From Candidatus Zipacnadia bacterium (GTDB lineage: Bacteria; Armatimonadota; Zipacnadia; Zipacnadales; UBA5352), in assembly GCA_029820295.1 (NCBI GenBank), contig JALGVA010000002.1:6069-70068 (forward strand): DNA of 64,000 bases. The letters are read 5' to 3'. A program made the position numbers and the translations under genes. How positions within the stretch are numbered: the stretch's first letter is position 1; the number at the start of each line of letters is the position of its first letter. Positions 17,327 through 27,904 of this stretch are shown here, in pieces. The notes beneath the pieces are model-generated. The model was not told where the DNA came from. It did no database searches and saw only the letters and a program-made list of their open reading frames with translations.

Positions 17327-20173
17327 ATGGGACGGGTCGTCATGTGCATCCTGCTGGCGGTGGCGTTGCCGGCAGGCCTCACGCAGGCGCAGGAGGCGCA
17401 ACGGCTGCAGGTCGGGCCGTGGGTGGCCGAGATACGGGCGATGGATCTCGGGACGCTGTCGTGGCAGGGAGAGCCGCTCGTGAAGCTCGCGGGCGTGCGC
17501 GGCTACCTGCCCGCCTGGGAGGGGACGCGCTTCGTGCCCGACGCCGCCGAGATCAGCGTCGAGGACGGCGTTGCCACCTGGCGCCAGGCCGAGCCGGGTA
17601 ACCAGGAGACCACGACGCGGCTGGAGCTGACCGCCGAGCGCGCGCGCTTCAGCCTGAAGACAACCATCGAGGCGGCCGGCCCCACGGAGTTCTGGGCACA
17701 GATCGTCCCTGAGGCGGTCGCCGCCGGCGGGCAGTTCTTCGTGTGGACCGACGGTGACGTGCTGCACACGCTCCCGCTCGACGAGCCCTTCGAGCGGATC
17801 ACCTCGCTGACCGAGCTGCGCTTCGAGCGGCCCGACCGCACGGTCGTCATCCACTGCGACGGCTTCGAGCTGCAGGACCGGCGCTCATCGGGTGGCGGCC
17901 TGTTCCTGGTGGATGTGATCGGCTCGAGCGGCGACGCGCCGACCGAGGCAGCGCGCTTCATGGAGATCGAGGTGCTGCCCGCGCCCGACGACGAGATCGC
18001 GGCGCGCACGCAACTGCTGGCGCAGATGGCAGTCGAGACCTCGCCGGTGGCGCTGGACAACCCCGGCTTCGAGGACGAGGAGCCGCTAAGCGCGTGGAGC
18101 AGCACCCCTCTGGCGTCGGCGGACGCGGAGGTTGCACACTCCGGCGAGCGATCCGCGCGTCTGGACATCGCGGGCGAGGTCGAGCAGCGCGGGCATGTGT
18201 ACCTGACGCAGATGGTGCCCGTGCAGGAGCGCCATCTCTACCGCGCATCGGCGTGGATCCGCGGGCAGGACGTGACCGCCGCCACCCAGGGCGGCATGAG
18301 CCCGGTGGGCGCGACCATCATCGTCGAGTTCGCCGATCGGGAGGGCTCGTGGTTCGCCGGCGGCAGCTACGGGCCGTCGAACTATGAGAGCTTCGACTGG
18401 CGGCGGGTGAGCACCGATGCGGTCAAGGCGCCCGAGGGCGCGGGCTACGCCATCATCTTCCTGGCTCTGCGGGGCGTGGGCACGGCGTGGTTCGACGACG
18501 TGGAGCTGGAGGAGGTGCGGCGCAACGTGGTGCTGCTCGGGCCCATGCCCGGAGCCGCGGTGCACGACAACACGCCGGAGCTGAGCTGGCACTTCGAGCG
18601 CGAGACCTGGGCGCAGGTGGAGCTGGCCCCCAGCCCGGACTTCCCGGAGGGCGAGACCCGCGTGTTGCCGCAGGGGGCCTCGCCGCCGGTGACCATCGGC
18701 GAGCCGGTGGAGCCAGGGACCTGGTACTGGCGTGTGCGCGTGCCCGAGTACGACGTGGTCTCGGCCACCTGGTCGTTCGAGCAGACGGCGTCGCTCGACG
18801 AGGACACGACCGCGCCCGAGATCGCCCGCGACCACGACTGGCTGCCGACGCCGACAGCGCCGCTGCGCATCAGCTACGCGGACAACGTCGGCGTGGCGCG
18901 CGTGCGGCTGGTGGTCGATGGCCGCGACGTGTCGGAGCAGGTCGAGGCCGGAGAGCGCCAGGCCACCTGGACGCCCGACCAGCCGTGGACGGATGGCCTG
19001 CACGTGGCCGAAGTCACCGTTGAGGACGCGGCGGGCAACAGCGCCGACGAGACGCTGTTCTTCACGCGCAGCGATCCGGTGCCGCGCATCGTCTGGCGGC
19101 AGATCGGCGGGCTCACCATCGGCGGCGAGCCGCACTTCCTGCTGGGGATGTACGGGGTGAACGAGGAGGACATGGCGGAGATCGCGGCCGCGGGCTTCGA
19201 CTTCGTGCACTCCTACCGCTGGGACGGCCCGGGTGACACGCAGTCGGCGCTGGCCTACCTCGACGAGGCGCAGCGCCACGGTCTACGCGTGTTCATGGGC
19301 CTGTCGCGCGCGCGGCTGATGGCCTTCGACGAGCGCTTCGTGGCCGAGCGCGTCGCGGCACTGATGGGCCACCCGGCGCTGCTCGCGTGGTATCTCTACG
19401 ACGAACCCGACCTGGATCATCAGTACGTCTCGCCCATGTGGCTGGAGCGCTACTACCGGCTGATCCGCGCGCTGGATCCCTTCCATCCGGTGGTGGTGAC
19501 CTGCGCACATGACGGCGCGGTGCCGCTCTATCGCGACGCGCTGGACGTGCACTGGACGCAGGTCTACGGCAGCACGGCCTTCGTGGCCTCGCGGCTGGAC
19601 CGTCATCGGGAGATGCTGCGCCCGGGCACACCGCTGTCGGCGATCCTGCACTGCTACGACCGCGCGCAGACCGGTGAGCTGCGCGGCGACCTGCCGCCCG
19701 ATCCGGCGCGCTTCCAGCCCGACGGCCGCACCATGCGCGCGAATGCCTTCATGGCGCTGGCGCACAACAGCAGTTGCCTGGAGTGGTGGTGGTGGGGCTA
19801 CGGCGGCGGCGACCGCTACTTCACCGTGGCGAACGCGCCCGCGGCGTGGGCGTCGCTGCGGCAGACGGTCGCGGACATCCACGCGCTCGAGCCGGCGCTG
19901 ACCTCCGAGGGAGAGATCATCACGTCGGTCATCACGCCCGCCGAGGGCGTCGAGGTGCACCTGTGGGAGAAGCGCCTGGCCGATCGCGTGGTGACCATCG
20001 CGGTGAATCGCGACGAACAGGCCTGCCGGGCGCAGTGGACGCTGCGCTGGCCGCCCGCGAACGGGACTGCGCAGGTGCGGTTCGAGGAGCGAAGCGTGGA
20101 GTTGGCCGGCGGCGAGATCGCCGACGACTTCGGGCCGCTCGCGGTGCACGTCTACGAGTGGCCGCTGCGCTGA
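17327..20173 (+). CDS. Secreted multidomain protein (CBM4-like, Ig-like, GH-A-like barrel)
   Basis: Signal peptide, LDNPGFE and AWFDDVEL (CBM), DAAGN (Ig), HPALLAWYLYDEP (GH-like). Confidence 0.8.
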   Translation: MGRVVMCILLAVALPAGLTQAQEAQRLQVGPWVAEIRAMDLGTLSWQGEPLVKLAGVRGYLPAWEGTRFVPDAAEISVEDGVATWRQAEPGNQETTTRLELTAERARFSLKTTIEAAGPTEFWAQIVPEAVAAGGQFFVWTDGDVLHTLPLDEPFERITSLTELRFERPDRTVVIHCDGFELQDRRSSGGGLFLVDVIGSSGDAPTEAARFMEIEVLPAPDDEIAARTQLLAQMAVETSPVALDNPGFEDEEPLSAWSSTPLASADAEVAHSGERSARLDIAGEVEQRGHVYLTQMVPVQERHLYRASAWIRGQDVTAATQGGMSPVGATIIVEFADREGSWFAGGSYGPSNYESFDWRRVSTDAVKAPEGAGYAIIFLALRGVGTAWFDDVELEEVRRNVVLLGPMPGAAVHDNTPELSWHFERETWAQVELAPSPDFPEGETRVLPQGASPPVTIGEPVEPGTWYWRVRVPEYDVVSATWSFEQTASLDEDTTAPEIARDHDWLPTPTAPLRISYADNVGVARVRLVVDGRDVSEQVEAGERQATWTPDQPWTDGLHVAEVTVEDAAGNSADETLFFTRSDPVPRIVWRQIGGLTIGGEPHFLLGMYGVNEEDMAEIAAAGFDFVHSYRWDGPGDTQSALAYLDEAQRHGLRVFMGLSRARLMAFDERFVAERVAALMGHPALLAWYLYDEPDLDHQYVSPMWLERYYRLIRALDPFHPVVVTCAHDGAVPLYRDALDVHWTQVYGSTAFVASRLDRHREMLRPGTPLSAILHCYDRAQTGELRGDLPPDPARFQPDGRTMRANAFMALAHNSSCLEWWWWGYGGGDRYFTVANAPAAWASLRQTVADIHALEPALTSEGEIITSVITPAEGVEVHLWEKRLADRVVTIAVNRDEQACRAQWTLRWPPANGTAQVRFEERSVELAGGEIADDFGPLAVHVYEWPLR

Positions 20174-20300
20174 GCGCCGGGCGGAGCCTGAGCGCCCGGG
20201 GGCCGCTTGCGCCGCCCTGGGGCCTCGTGTATGCAGTACCCGTCAGCCGGTCGGGACGGCCGGCAATCCGGCAGCAGACGCCAGAAAGCGGGGCATCGAC

Positions 20301-21272
20301 ATGACCGTGCGCGAGTTGTACGAGTTCGCGATCGATCGGGGCATGGACCTCGATCCGCGAGGCCGCGAGGAGCTTGAGCGGCAGATGCGAGACGTGCGCG
20401 CCGAGTACGAGGGTCTCGATGAAGGGGCGCGGCGCCGGTTCGACGCCGAGCGCCTGACCAACCCCTTCGGCGACACGCGCATCGCCTGCGGTGACGACGG
20501 CGCGACCGTCGAGCGGCTGATCTGCGGCATCAATATCGACGGCGCCGAGGTGCTGCTCGCCGACCGCCTGCGGGACCACGGGCGGCCGGTGGACCTGGTG
20601 CTGGCCCACCACGCCTCGGCGATCGGCGGCGGCATCGGTTCGCGGCTGGAGACCATCTGGCCGCAGGTGCGGATGCTCACCGACTTCGGCGTCCCGGCGC
20701 ACCTGGCGCACAAGCTGGTGCGGCCGTCCTCGGAGGGCGACCAGCGCAGCTACAACCTGAAGATCACCCAGGTGTCCGAGGCGCTGGGCATGCCGCTGAT
20801 GACCATCCACAGCCCGGCGGACGCCTACCTCTTCCAGGAGGGCAGGCGGGTGCTGGAGGAGGACCGACCGGAGACGGTGGGCGACCTGGTGGACATCTGC
20901 GACGCGTGGCCTGAGGTGAGCTGGCTCATCGAGCGAGGCAAGGGCACCGAGGTCGCCGTCGGGGACCAGCGCGATCCGCTGGGCAAGGTCTACCATGCCT
21001 TCTACGGCGGTTGGAACCCGACGCCGCAGGTGTTCGAGGCGCTGTGTGACGCCGGCTGCGGGACGCTGTGGGTGCTGGCGACGTCAGAGGAGCTGAACCG
21101 CGTGGCGCGCGAGCGCAATGTCAGCGTGGTGGTGGTCCCGCACTACCCGGCCGACAACCTCGGCCTCAATATGCTCCTGGACGACGCCATGGATCGCTTC
21201 GGCGACTTCGACGTGGTGGACACCAGCGACTTCCATCGCCACGACCGGCGCGCCGGGGGCGAGCAGTCGTAG
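20301..21272 (+). CDS. NIF3-like (NGG1p interacting factor) metal-binding protein
   Basis: GMDLDPRG, LTNPFGDTRI, GINIDGAE, AHH, HSPAD and HYPADNLGLN motifs. Confidence 0.8.
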   Translation: MTVRELYEFAIDRGMDLDPRGREELERQMRDVRAEYEGLDEGARRRFDAERLTNPFGDTRIACGDDGATVERLICGINIDGAEVLLADRLRDHGRPVDLVLAHHASAIGGGIGSRLETIWPQVRMLTDFGVPAHLAHKLVRPSSEGDQRSYNLKITQVSEALGMPLMTIHSPADAYLFQEGRRVLEEDRPETVGDLVDICDAWPEVSWLIERGKGTEVAVGDQRDPLGKVYHAFYGGWNPTPQVFEALCDAGCGTLWVLATSEELNRVARERNVSVVVVPHYPADNLGLNMLLDDAMDRFGDFDVVDTSDFHRHDRRAGGEQS

Positions 21273-21303
21273 TAAGTGCGCCCGGGCGAGCGGCCGCGGG
21301 AGG

Positions 21304-21705
21304 TCACAGGTCGGCCGGGAGCATCTCCGCCACGCCGACCGGAGCGCCGCCGCGCGCCGCGGAGGCGTAGCCGGCGAGCGAGACCGCCGGCGAGCCCACG
21401 CCCTCGTCGTAGGCAATACTGGCCGCGCAGTCCCCCCTCACCGCGCGGTTGAACTCGCGCAGCACGTGGGACGACCAGCCATCCTCAGCGGCCATCTCGC
21501 CGGAGGCGCCGAGGTCTTCCCAGCGCGCGTCGGGGACGGGCCCGGGGATGGTGGCGCGCAGGCCATCGGCGACCACGACCAGCCCGTTGGTCCAGGTCGC
21601 CTGGGGGATCATGCAGCAACTGAGAGCGCCACGCGCGCCACGGCCTCGACCTCGATCTCCCCATGCGCGAAGGGTGGCACGCACACCACGGCGGCGTCGG
21701 GGCGG
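21304..21705 (-). pseudogene. Gfo/Idh/MocA oxidoreductase remnant
   Basis: PDAAVVCVPPFAHGEIEVEA fragment joined out of frame to a C-terminal EFNRAVRG..AVSLAGYASAARG fragment. Confidence 0.6.
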
Positions 21706-21709
21706 CGCG

Positions 21710-23014
21710 CTACTCGGCTCGCCCATGCGCGGCGTCGTCCTGGCGCGGCGTGACCTCGAAGATGTACAGGTCGGTCTTCGCGGTGCCGAAGTTGCTCTTG
21801 AAGATGATGCGGTCGCCCTGGCGGTTGATGCAGAAGTCCGGCTGCGTGGCCTTGGGCATCACGCCCTCGATGTCGTGACTGCGATGTTGCACCAGCCGCC
21901 GAATCTGCTGCGAACCGTCCACGGGGATCTCGAGGATCTCGCCGTAGTAGGGAAACCAGGTCTCCAGGGGGTCGAACCCGCGGTCGCTTAGCGCCATGTA
22001 GATGTACTGCGGCGTGGCGAGCGTGTTGCAGGTGCTGTACATCTGGTGGCACCACTTGGGCATGGTCAGCAGCGTGCTGACGTGGCCGTCGGAGAGCCGG
22101 ATGGCGATGATGTCACCCGGCCGGACGCCCGCCGGGCCGGTGAACTGCTCGGCCTGGAAGCCCGCCGCGCACACCATGATCTCCGCGCCCTCGGCGTCGT
22201 AGGCGAATTCGAGGTGCGAGCACCAGGGCGCGAGCTGGCGCTGGAAGTTCCACTCGCGGTCGTAGAGTTCGGTGCCCTGGTAGCGGTCGAAGCCGTTGGC
22301 GCGCCACAGTACCACCACGTAGTCGCCGGAGGAGGTGACGGTGGCGTAGTCGATGGCCTTGAAGTCAACGGGGAACGGTGACACCAGGCCCCTGGCGCGC
22401 TCGACGAGGTCGTAGACGAACATCTCGCTGCCGTCGCCGTCGAGCAGCCAGTAGCGGCAGTCGTCGGAGACGTCGCCCTCGCCGCCGGCGGGGCCGATCG
22501 CCGCGTACTCCTCAAAGCGCTGGATCACCTCGGAGCTGAGGTCGTCGGCGTCCACCAGCCGCAGCTCGTTGCCCGCGTACTGATAGAACTTGCGCGGGTC
22601 GGCCGACCAGCGGATCTTCCAGGGGCGGAACTCGTCGCCCTCAAGCTGCCGGACGACGGCGCCGGTGCGGCCGTCGAAGATGCAGCCCTTACCCCACTCG
22701 TCGGCGCCGAAGAACAGGCTGCCGTCGGCGTTGAAGTAGGAGATCTCGGAGTTGGTGACCTCGGCCATGGTGCGGCGGTCCTCGCGGGCAACGGTCATGC
22801 GCGTCACCACCGTGCCGAAGACCGGGTCGCTGAAGCTGCCGCCCACCTCGGCCGGGGGCTCGAAGCTGCCGAACTCAGGCGGGATGATGCACGCGGTCGA
22901 GTGCACGGGGTCCTCGGGGAGCGCGACTGTCCCGTTCGCCGTGATTCGCGCCACTCCCACGGCCACGAGACCGATCATGACCAGGGCGACGACAACCGCA
23001 AGACGCCCCATCAT
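21710..23014 (-). CDS. Secreted beta-propeller hypothetical protein
   Basis: Signal peptide; FSDPVFGTVVTRMT, FNADGS and GDRIIFKSNF, as in oligogalacturonate-lyase-like propellers; RBS GGAGG. Confidence 0.75.
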   Translation of the reverse strand: MMGRLAVVVALVMIGLVAVGVARITANGTVALPEDPVHSTACIIPPEFGSFEPPAEVGGSFSDPVFGTVVTRMTVAREDRRTMAEVTNSEISYFNADGSLFFGADEWGKGCIFDGRTGAVVRQLEGDEFRPWKIRWSADPRKFYQYAGNELRLVDADDLSSEVIQRFEEYAAIGPAGGEGDVSDDCRYWLLDGDGSEMFVYDLVERARGLVSPFPVDFKAIDYATVTSSGDYVVVLWRANGFDRYQGTELYDREWNFQRQLAPWCSHLEFAYDAEGAEIMVCAAGFQAEQFTGPAGVRPGDIIAIRLSDGHVSTLLTMPKWCHQMYSTCNTLATPQYIYMALSDRGFDPLETWFPYYGEILEIPVDGSQQIRRLVQHRSHDIEGVMPKATQPDFCINRQGDRIIFKSNFGTAKTDLYIFEVTPRQDDAAHGRAE

Positions 23015-23164
23015 CGCTCTCTCCTCCCGTGCCACGAGTGCGCCGCAGGACGCGCCATGACCTTCCCGCGCCGCAGACCACGATGCCCGGTCGCCCGGCG
23101 TGATCCTGCCGCCACCTGCGGGCAGGCCATCGGAGCGCGCACGGCGAACCGGAGCTGCGGGACC

Positions 23165-24283
23165 ATGGAGTACCGCACGCTCGGACGAACCGGCCTTGAG
23201 GTCAGCGCCATCAGCCTGGGCACCGAGTACCTGCTCGATGTGCCGCCCGTGCAGGCCGTCGACGTCGTGCGCCGGGCGATCGAGGCGGGCGTCAACTACT
23301 TCGACCTGTTCTACGCGCAGCCCGCCTTCCGCGACACGATGGCCCAGGCCTTCGAGGGACTGCGCGATCGCGTGGTGCTCACGGCGCATCTGGGCGCAGG
23401 GGAGCGCGACGGCCAGTACGAGCGCATCCGTGACCCCGAGCGCTGTGCGGCGTACATCGAGGACAACCTGCGGCGCTACCGCATCGACTGCATCGACGTG
23501 CTCTTCCTGCACAACTGCGACGAGCCCGATGACTGCGACGCGATCTTCGCGCCCGGAGGCCTGGCGGAGATGGCCGAGGGCTTCCGCAGCGAGGGCAAGG
23601 CGCGCTTCGTCGGCTTCAGCACGCATACGATCGCCACGGCCCGGCGCGCGATCGCGACCGACCGTGTGGACGTGCTCATGTTCCCGATCAACCTGACCGG
23701 CCACGCCACACCGGGCCGGCGGGAGCTGTTCGAGGCCTGCCTGGACCGCGGCATCGGCCTGGTGGGGATGAAGCCGTATGCGGGCGGCAAGCTCCTGCAG
23801 CCGCAGCCCGAGCTGAGCCTCACCCGGGTGGCCACGGGCGGGCCGTCGCTGGAGATGGACCAGCAGGCCGTGACGCCCGTGCAGTGCCTCGCCTACGCGC
23901 TCGCGCAGCCCGGTGTGAGCGCCGTGGTCCCGGGCTGCAGCGACCTGTCGCAACTCGAGGACGCCCTGTCGTGGCTGAGCGCCGACGATGCCGAGCGTGA
24001 CTTCTCAGCGGCGCTCGCCGGCTTCGGCCGCTTTCGCTCCGGGGAGTGCGTCTACTGCAACCACTGCCTGCCCTGCCCCGCGGGGATCGACATCGGCGCG
24101 GTCATGCGCCTGCTCGACCGCGCGCGCGTGGGGGTCACGGCTGCTCTGCGCGATGAGCACGCCGCGCTCCCGGCCAACGCCTTCCACTGCCGGCAGTGCG
24201 GCGCGTGCACGCCCCGCTGCCCGTTCGGCGTGGACCCGGGGGAGCTGATGGCGCAGGCGGCAGAGCTCTTCGCGGTGCCCTGA
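23165..24283 (+). CDS. Aldo/keto reductase with C-terminal 4Fe-4S dicluster
   Basis: MEYRTLGRTGLEVSAISLG, GVNYFD, MKPYAGG, CVYCNHCLPCP and CRQCGACTPRCP. Confidence 0.92.
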   Translation: MEYRTLGRTGLEVSAISLGTEYLLDVPPVQAVDVVRRAIEAGVNYFDLFYAQPAFRDTMAQAFEGLRDRVVLTAHLGAGERDGQYERIRDPERCAAYIEDNLRRYRIDCIDVLFLHNCDEPDDCDAIFAPGGLAEMAEGFRSEGKARFVGFSTHTIATARRAIATDRVDVLMFPINLTGHATPGRRELFEACLDRGIGLVGMKPYAGGKLLQPQPELSLTRVATGGPSLEMDQQAVTPVQCLAYALAQPGVSAVVPGCSDLSQLEDALSWLSADDAERDFSAALAGFGRFRSGECVYCNHCLPCPAGIDIGAVMRLLDRARVGVTAALRDEHAALPANAFHCRQCGACTPRCPFGVDPGELMAQAAELFAVP

Positions 24284-24310
24284 GCCGCCCGCACCGGCGT
24301 GCGCCAACCA

Positions 24311-24613
24311 TCAGTCCTCCTGTCGCTCGATGCTGAAGGTCACCGTCCCTCCGCCTGTGAACTCACATGGATCGAGGCACTGCACGTACGCCCTGCCGTC
24401 GCGCCGGTCCTTATGCGCGAGCCCCATCTGTTCGGGCTTGACGCCCTTGGCGAGAGCGATGTGGTAGGGGATGATCGACGCGAACGAGTGCATGCAGCCG
24501 GCGGTGGTCTCACTCAGGTTCAGACGGAAGCCGCTGTCGAGAACGATGACGTCGCCCACCTCGTAGGCCGGGCAGTGGCCCTTGATGTCCTCAACGCGAA
24601 TGACGAGTCTCAT
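24311..24613 (-). CDS. TIGR04076-family protein
   Basis: IKGHCPAYEVGD, CMHS, VQCLDP and GGGTVTF; RBS GGAGG. Confidence 0.8.
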   Translation of the reverse strand: MRLVIRVEDIKGHCPAYEVGDVIVLDSGFRLNLSETTAGCMHSFASIIPYHIALAKGVKPEQMGLAHKDRRDGRAYVQCLDPCEFTGGGTVTFSIERQED

Positions 24614-24797
24614 GCCGACACCTCCTCGCTGCGCTACCCTCCACTCCTGTCCGCCGCGGAGTTTGGCCGTCCGGGCCACCCGCACCTCTTCTGCGCACGC
24701 GGCGCGGGTGCCGGGCAGGAATGCGGTGCCATCCCGGCGCACATGCCTTCGGAGGTGTACCACGATGTCCGCCGACACGAACACGAGGGCGAGAGCG

Positions 24798-27700
24798 ATG
24801 AGGAACCTGGTGCTGCTGACGGTGCTCGGGCTGCTGCTGACAGTGGCGACCGCGGGTCACTGCGCGGTCTCCGATGAGGGGCTCGTCGCGCACTGGAGCT
24901 TCGACGAAGGCTCCGGTGACAGCGCGCGCGACCTCACCGGCCATGGCCATGACGCCACGATCAGCGGGCCGCAGTGGGTGCGTTCACCGCGCGGCTACGC
25001 GCTGCGCTTCGATGGCGTGGATGACGTCGTCACCTACGCGAACGTGGACTCCATGAACCTGCAGGGCGACCTGACGCTCATGGTCTGGGTGAAGACCCGC
25101 GCTTCGGAGGCGCCCGACACCAACCGGCTTATCTTCGGTGATTCCGGGGCCGGGGTGCAGCGCAACCTGAACCTGCGCATCAGCGGCTACCGGGTCATCA
25201 TGTTCGAGTGGGCGGACGGCACGCGCAACGCCATCCTGTCCGCGGACGCCGACCTGCTCGATGGCTCGTGGAAGCACCTGGCGGTGGTCGCCGACTCAGG
25301 CGCGGGCCGGATCACCATGTTCCTGGACGGAGAGCCGGTCGCGCAGATGCGCATGCCACTGCCCATCAGCAGGGCCCCGACGCCGGGCCGCTTGTCCGGG
25401 CAATGGGCAGGCGGCTGCCTCAAGGGCGACCTCGATGACGTACGGCTGTATCATCGCGCGCTGAGCGCCGATGAGGTGCGCGAGGCCTTCGAGAGTGAGG
25501 CGACGCTGCAGATCGGCCGCGCGCGCACGGTGATGGGCACGGCGGACGGCGAGCGGGCGGCGGTGACCACCGCCACGCTGCGCAACCTGGCCGATGAGGC
25601 GCTGACGGTGCGCCTGCGGGGGCCGCGTGGTGAGGAAGAGCTGACGCTGCGGCCGGGGGGCGAGGTGGAGCTGCCCGTGGCGAGCGCCGCCCTGGAGCCG
25701 CTTTTCGGGTCGCGCAGCGATCTCTACCTCGTGAACCGCAGTGCCGAGCCGGCGCACCTAACCGTGACCGTCAGCCATGATGGCTTCGAGGACGTGCAGG
25801 AGTCGGACGTTGCCCCCGGGGTCTACCTGGAGCCGATTCGCCTGAGCGTCGAGGACCCCTGGCGGCGGGAGATGGCGCCGGAGAAGACCGACAGCATCAG
25901 CATGCGCGTCGAGCTGCAGGTGGCCCGGGAGCTGCGCGAAGCCGGCAGGCTCGAGGTGGGCCTCACCTCGCGCGCGAGCGGCGAGGTGGTCGCGCGGCAG
26001 ACAGTGGAGGGCCCTGAGGCGCAGGTTGAGTTGACCTTCGACGCGGCCGACCTGCCGTGGGGGGCCTACGACGTGCGCGCCGCGCTGCTGGATGGCGCCG
26101 GACGAGAGACCGTCGCGACCGACGGGCCGGCGACGGTGCTGCCGGGCGGCAAGCAACGCATCGAGGTGCTCAACAACCTGTGCAGCGAGCTGGTCAACGC
26201 CGCGCAGCGGGGCCTGCTGGATGCCCGGCAGATCGAGTTCATGAACCCGCGCGACGGCTGGTGCTTCTTCCGCCTCGAGGGACGCGCCACGCTGCGGCTG
26301 GACGATGAGCAGCGGACGATCCTGCGCCGGCGCGCCGACGAGCCGGCGGAGGCCATGCGCCTGCTGCCCGCGGGCAGGCACAGGCTGCGGGTCTCCGGGG
26401 AGCCGACGCAGATCATCGTGCGCGCCATCCCGGCGCTGGTGCACAACGTCTACCCGACTGCGCCGATGATCCGGCCCTTTGGCCCGCACACCTGGGAGCG
26501 CATGAGCGCCTGGACGCTGCCCAACTGCAACATGATCGAGAGCCACCAGGCCGACCTGCCCGAGGCGGCGGAGTGGGTCGGAATGGGCCGGAGCTGGATC
26601 ATGAACCGGACTGCGCCCGGCCGCGCCGGCGGGGAGCCACCCACGGCCGAGGAGATGCTGGCCTACTGGCGCAGCACGCCGGGCTGGGGAACCGAGCGCA
26701 TCTCGGGGATGCAGGTGGATGAGTACGGGCCGAGCTTCGGCGACCAGAAGCTGATCGCGACCGCGCGCTCGGCGGCGATGCTCGCCGAGGACCCGGAGTT
26801 CGCCGGGCGGCTGTGGATCCCGTTCGTGGTGCGCATGTACGGGACCGACGTGGCCGAGCTGTTCATGAGAACCACGCTGGCCGCCGGATGGCCGTTCTCG
26901 ATCGAGCGCTACATCGGCGAGCTGCCCACCGAGGCGGCGGACCGCGAGCAGATCGAGGCGCTGCTGGTGGGCGACGCGGAGGAGTGGGAGGCGGCGCTGC
27001 CGGGCAGCGTCCGCCGGGCGATCATGACGCTCATGTACGCCTACCTGCCCTACTGCACGACCAACCGGTGTCCGACGGCCGACTTCCACGTGCACCTGCA
27101 GATGCAGATGCAGGTGCTGGCCACCGACCCGGCGTGGTTCGGGCTGTGGGGCGTGCAGCCCTATCGCGCCAACTACGTCGATGAGGAGACACTCAACTGC
27201 ATGGGCGCGCTGCTGCGCCACTACTGCATCGAGGGCGCCACCAAGCCGCTGCTCGATGACCCCTACGAGCTGGCGCATGTCCGGAACCCCGACTTCGCGC
27301 GGGGGACCGAGGGCTGGGAGGTGCGACCTGCGGCGGACGGGAGCATCAGCACCGGCGAATTCGCGGGCTACGGCACGCTGCAGGGGCGCTATCCGTGGGC
27401 GAGCATCGGCGAGAGCTTCCTGCTCATGACACGCAGCGCCAACGGGCCCAATATCGTCGGCCAGGAGATCACCGGACTGCAGCCGGGGCGGCTCTACTCA
27501 CTCAAACTCATCACCGCGGACCACCAGGACCTGCTGGCTGGCGAGTCGCGGGACGCGCCGAGTGCGGTGACCATGCGGGTCGAGGGCGCGGATGTGCAGG
27601 AGGGCGACTTCTCCTACCCGTTCACCAGCGCGCGCGGACCCCAGCCGTTCACCCGCGAGCACCCCTTCCACATGGTTTACCACTACCTGCAGTTCCGCGC

Positions 27701-27821
27701 CACCGGCCCCACCGCCCGGCTGACGCTGACCGACTGGCAGAGCGACACCGAGCCGGGCGGACCCATCGGCCAGGAGACCATGTTCAGCTTCGTCGAGGTC
27801 CAGCCGGTGTTCGAAGGGTGA
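24798..27821 (+). CDS. Secreted LamG-like jellyroll domain protein with GH-like and CBM-like regions
   Basis: GLVAHWSFDEGSG, ALRFDG, WKHLAVV and GDLDDVRLYHRALS; alternative start 24765. Confidence 0.8.
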   Translation: MRNLVLLTVLGLLLTVATAGHCAVSDEGLVAHWSFDEGSGDSARDLTGHGHDATISGPQWVRSPRGYALRFDGVDDVVTYANVDSMNLQGDLTLMVWVKTRASEAPDTNRLIFGDSGAGVQRNLNLRISGYRVIMFEWADGTRNAILSADADLLDGSWKHLAVVADSGAGRITMFLDGEPVAQMRMPLPISRAPTPGRLSGQWAGGCLKGDLDDVRLYHRALSADEVREAFESEATLQIGRARTVMGTADGERAAVTTATLRNLADEALTVRLRGPRGEEELTLRPGGEVELPVASAALEPLFGSRSDLYLVNRSAEPAHLTVTVSHDGFEDVQESDVAPGVYLEPIRLSVEDPWRREMAPEKTDSISMRVELQVARELREAGRLEVGLTSRASGEVVARQTVEGPEAQVELTFDAADLPWGAYDVRAALLDGAGRETVATDGPATVLPGGKQRIEVLNNLCSELVNAAQRGLLDARQIEFMNPRDGWCFFRLEGRATLRLDDEQRTILRRRADEPAEAMRLLPAGRHRLRVSGEPTQIIVRAIPALVHNVYPTAPMIRPFGPHTWERMSAWTLPNCNMIESHQADLPEAAEWVGMGRSWIMNRTAPGRAGGEPPTAEEMLAYWRSTPGWGTERISGMQVDEYGPSFGDQKLIATARSAAMLAEDPEFAGRLWIPFVVRMYGTDVAELFMRTTLAAGWPFSIERYIGELPTEAADREQIEALLVGDAEEWEAALPGSVRRAIMTLMYAYLPYCTTNRCPTADFHVHLQMQMQVLATDPAWFGLWGVQPYRANYVDEETLNCMGALLRHYCIEGATKPLLDDPYELAHVRNPDFARGTEGWEVRPAADGSISTGEFAGYGTLQGRYPWASIGESFLLMTRSANGPNIVGQEITGLQPGRLYSLKLITADHQDLLAGESRDAPSAVTMRVEGADVQEGDFSYPFTSARGPQPFTREHPFHMVYHYLQFRATGPTARLTLTDWQSDTEPGGPIGQETMFSFVEVQPVFEG

Positions 27822-27904
27822 CGTAGGGCGGCGTGCGGGCGGTCGGCGCCGGTCGATGACGAGCCGGGGCTGCTACGCGCCGGGCCATGGCGGGGCCGCC
27901 CGGT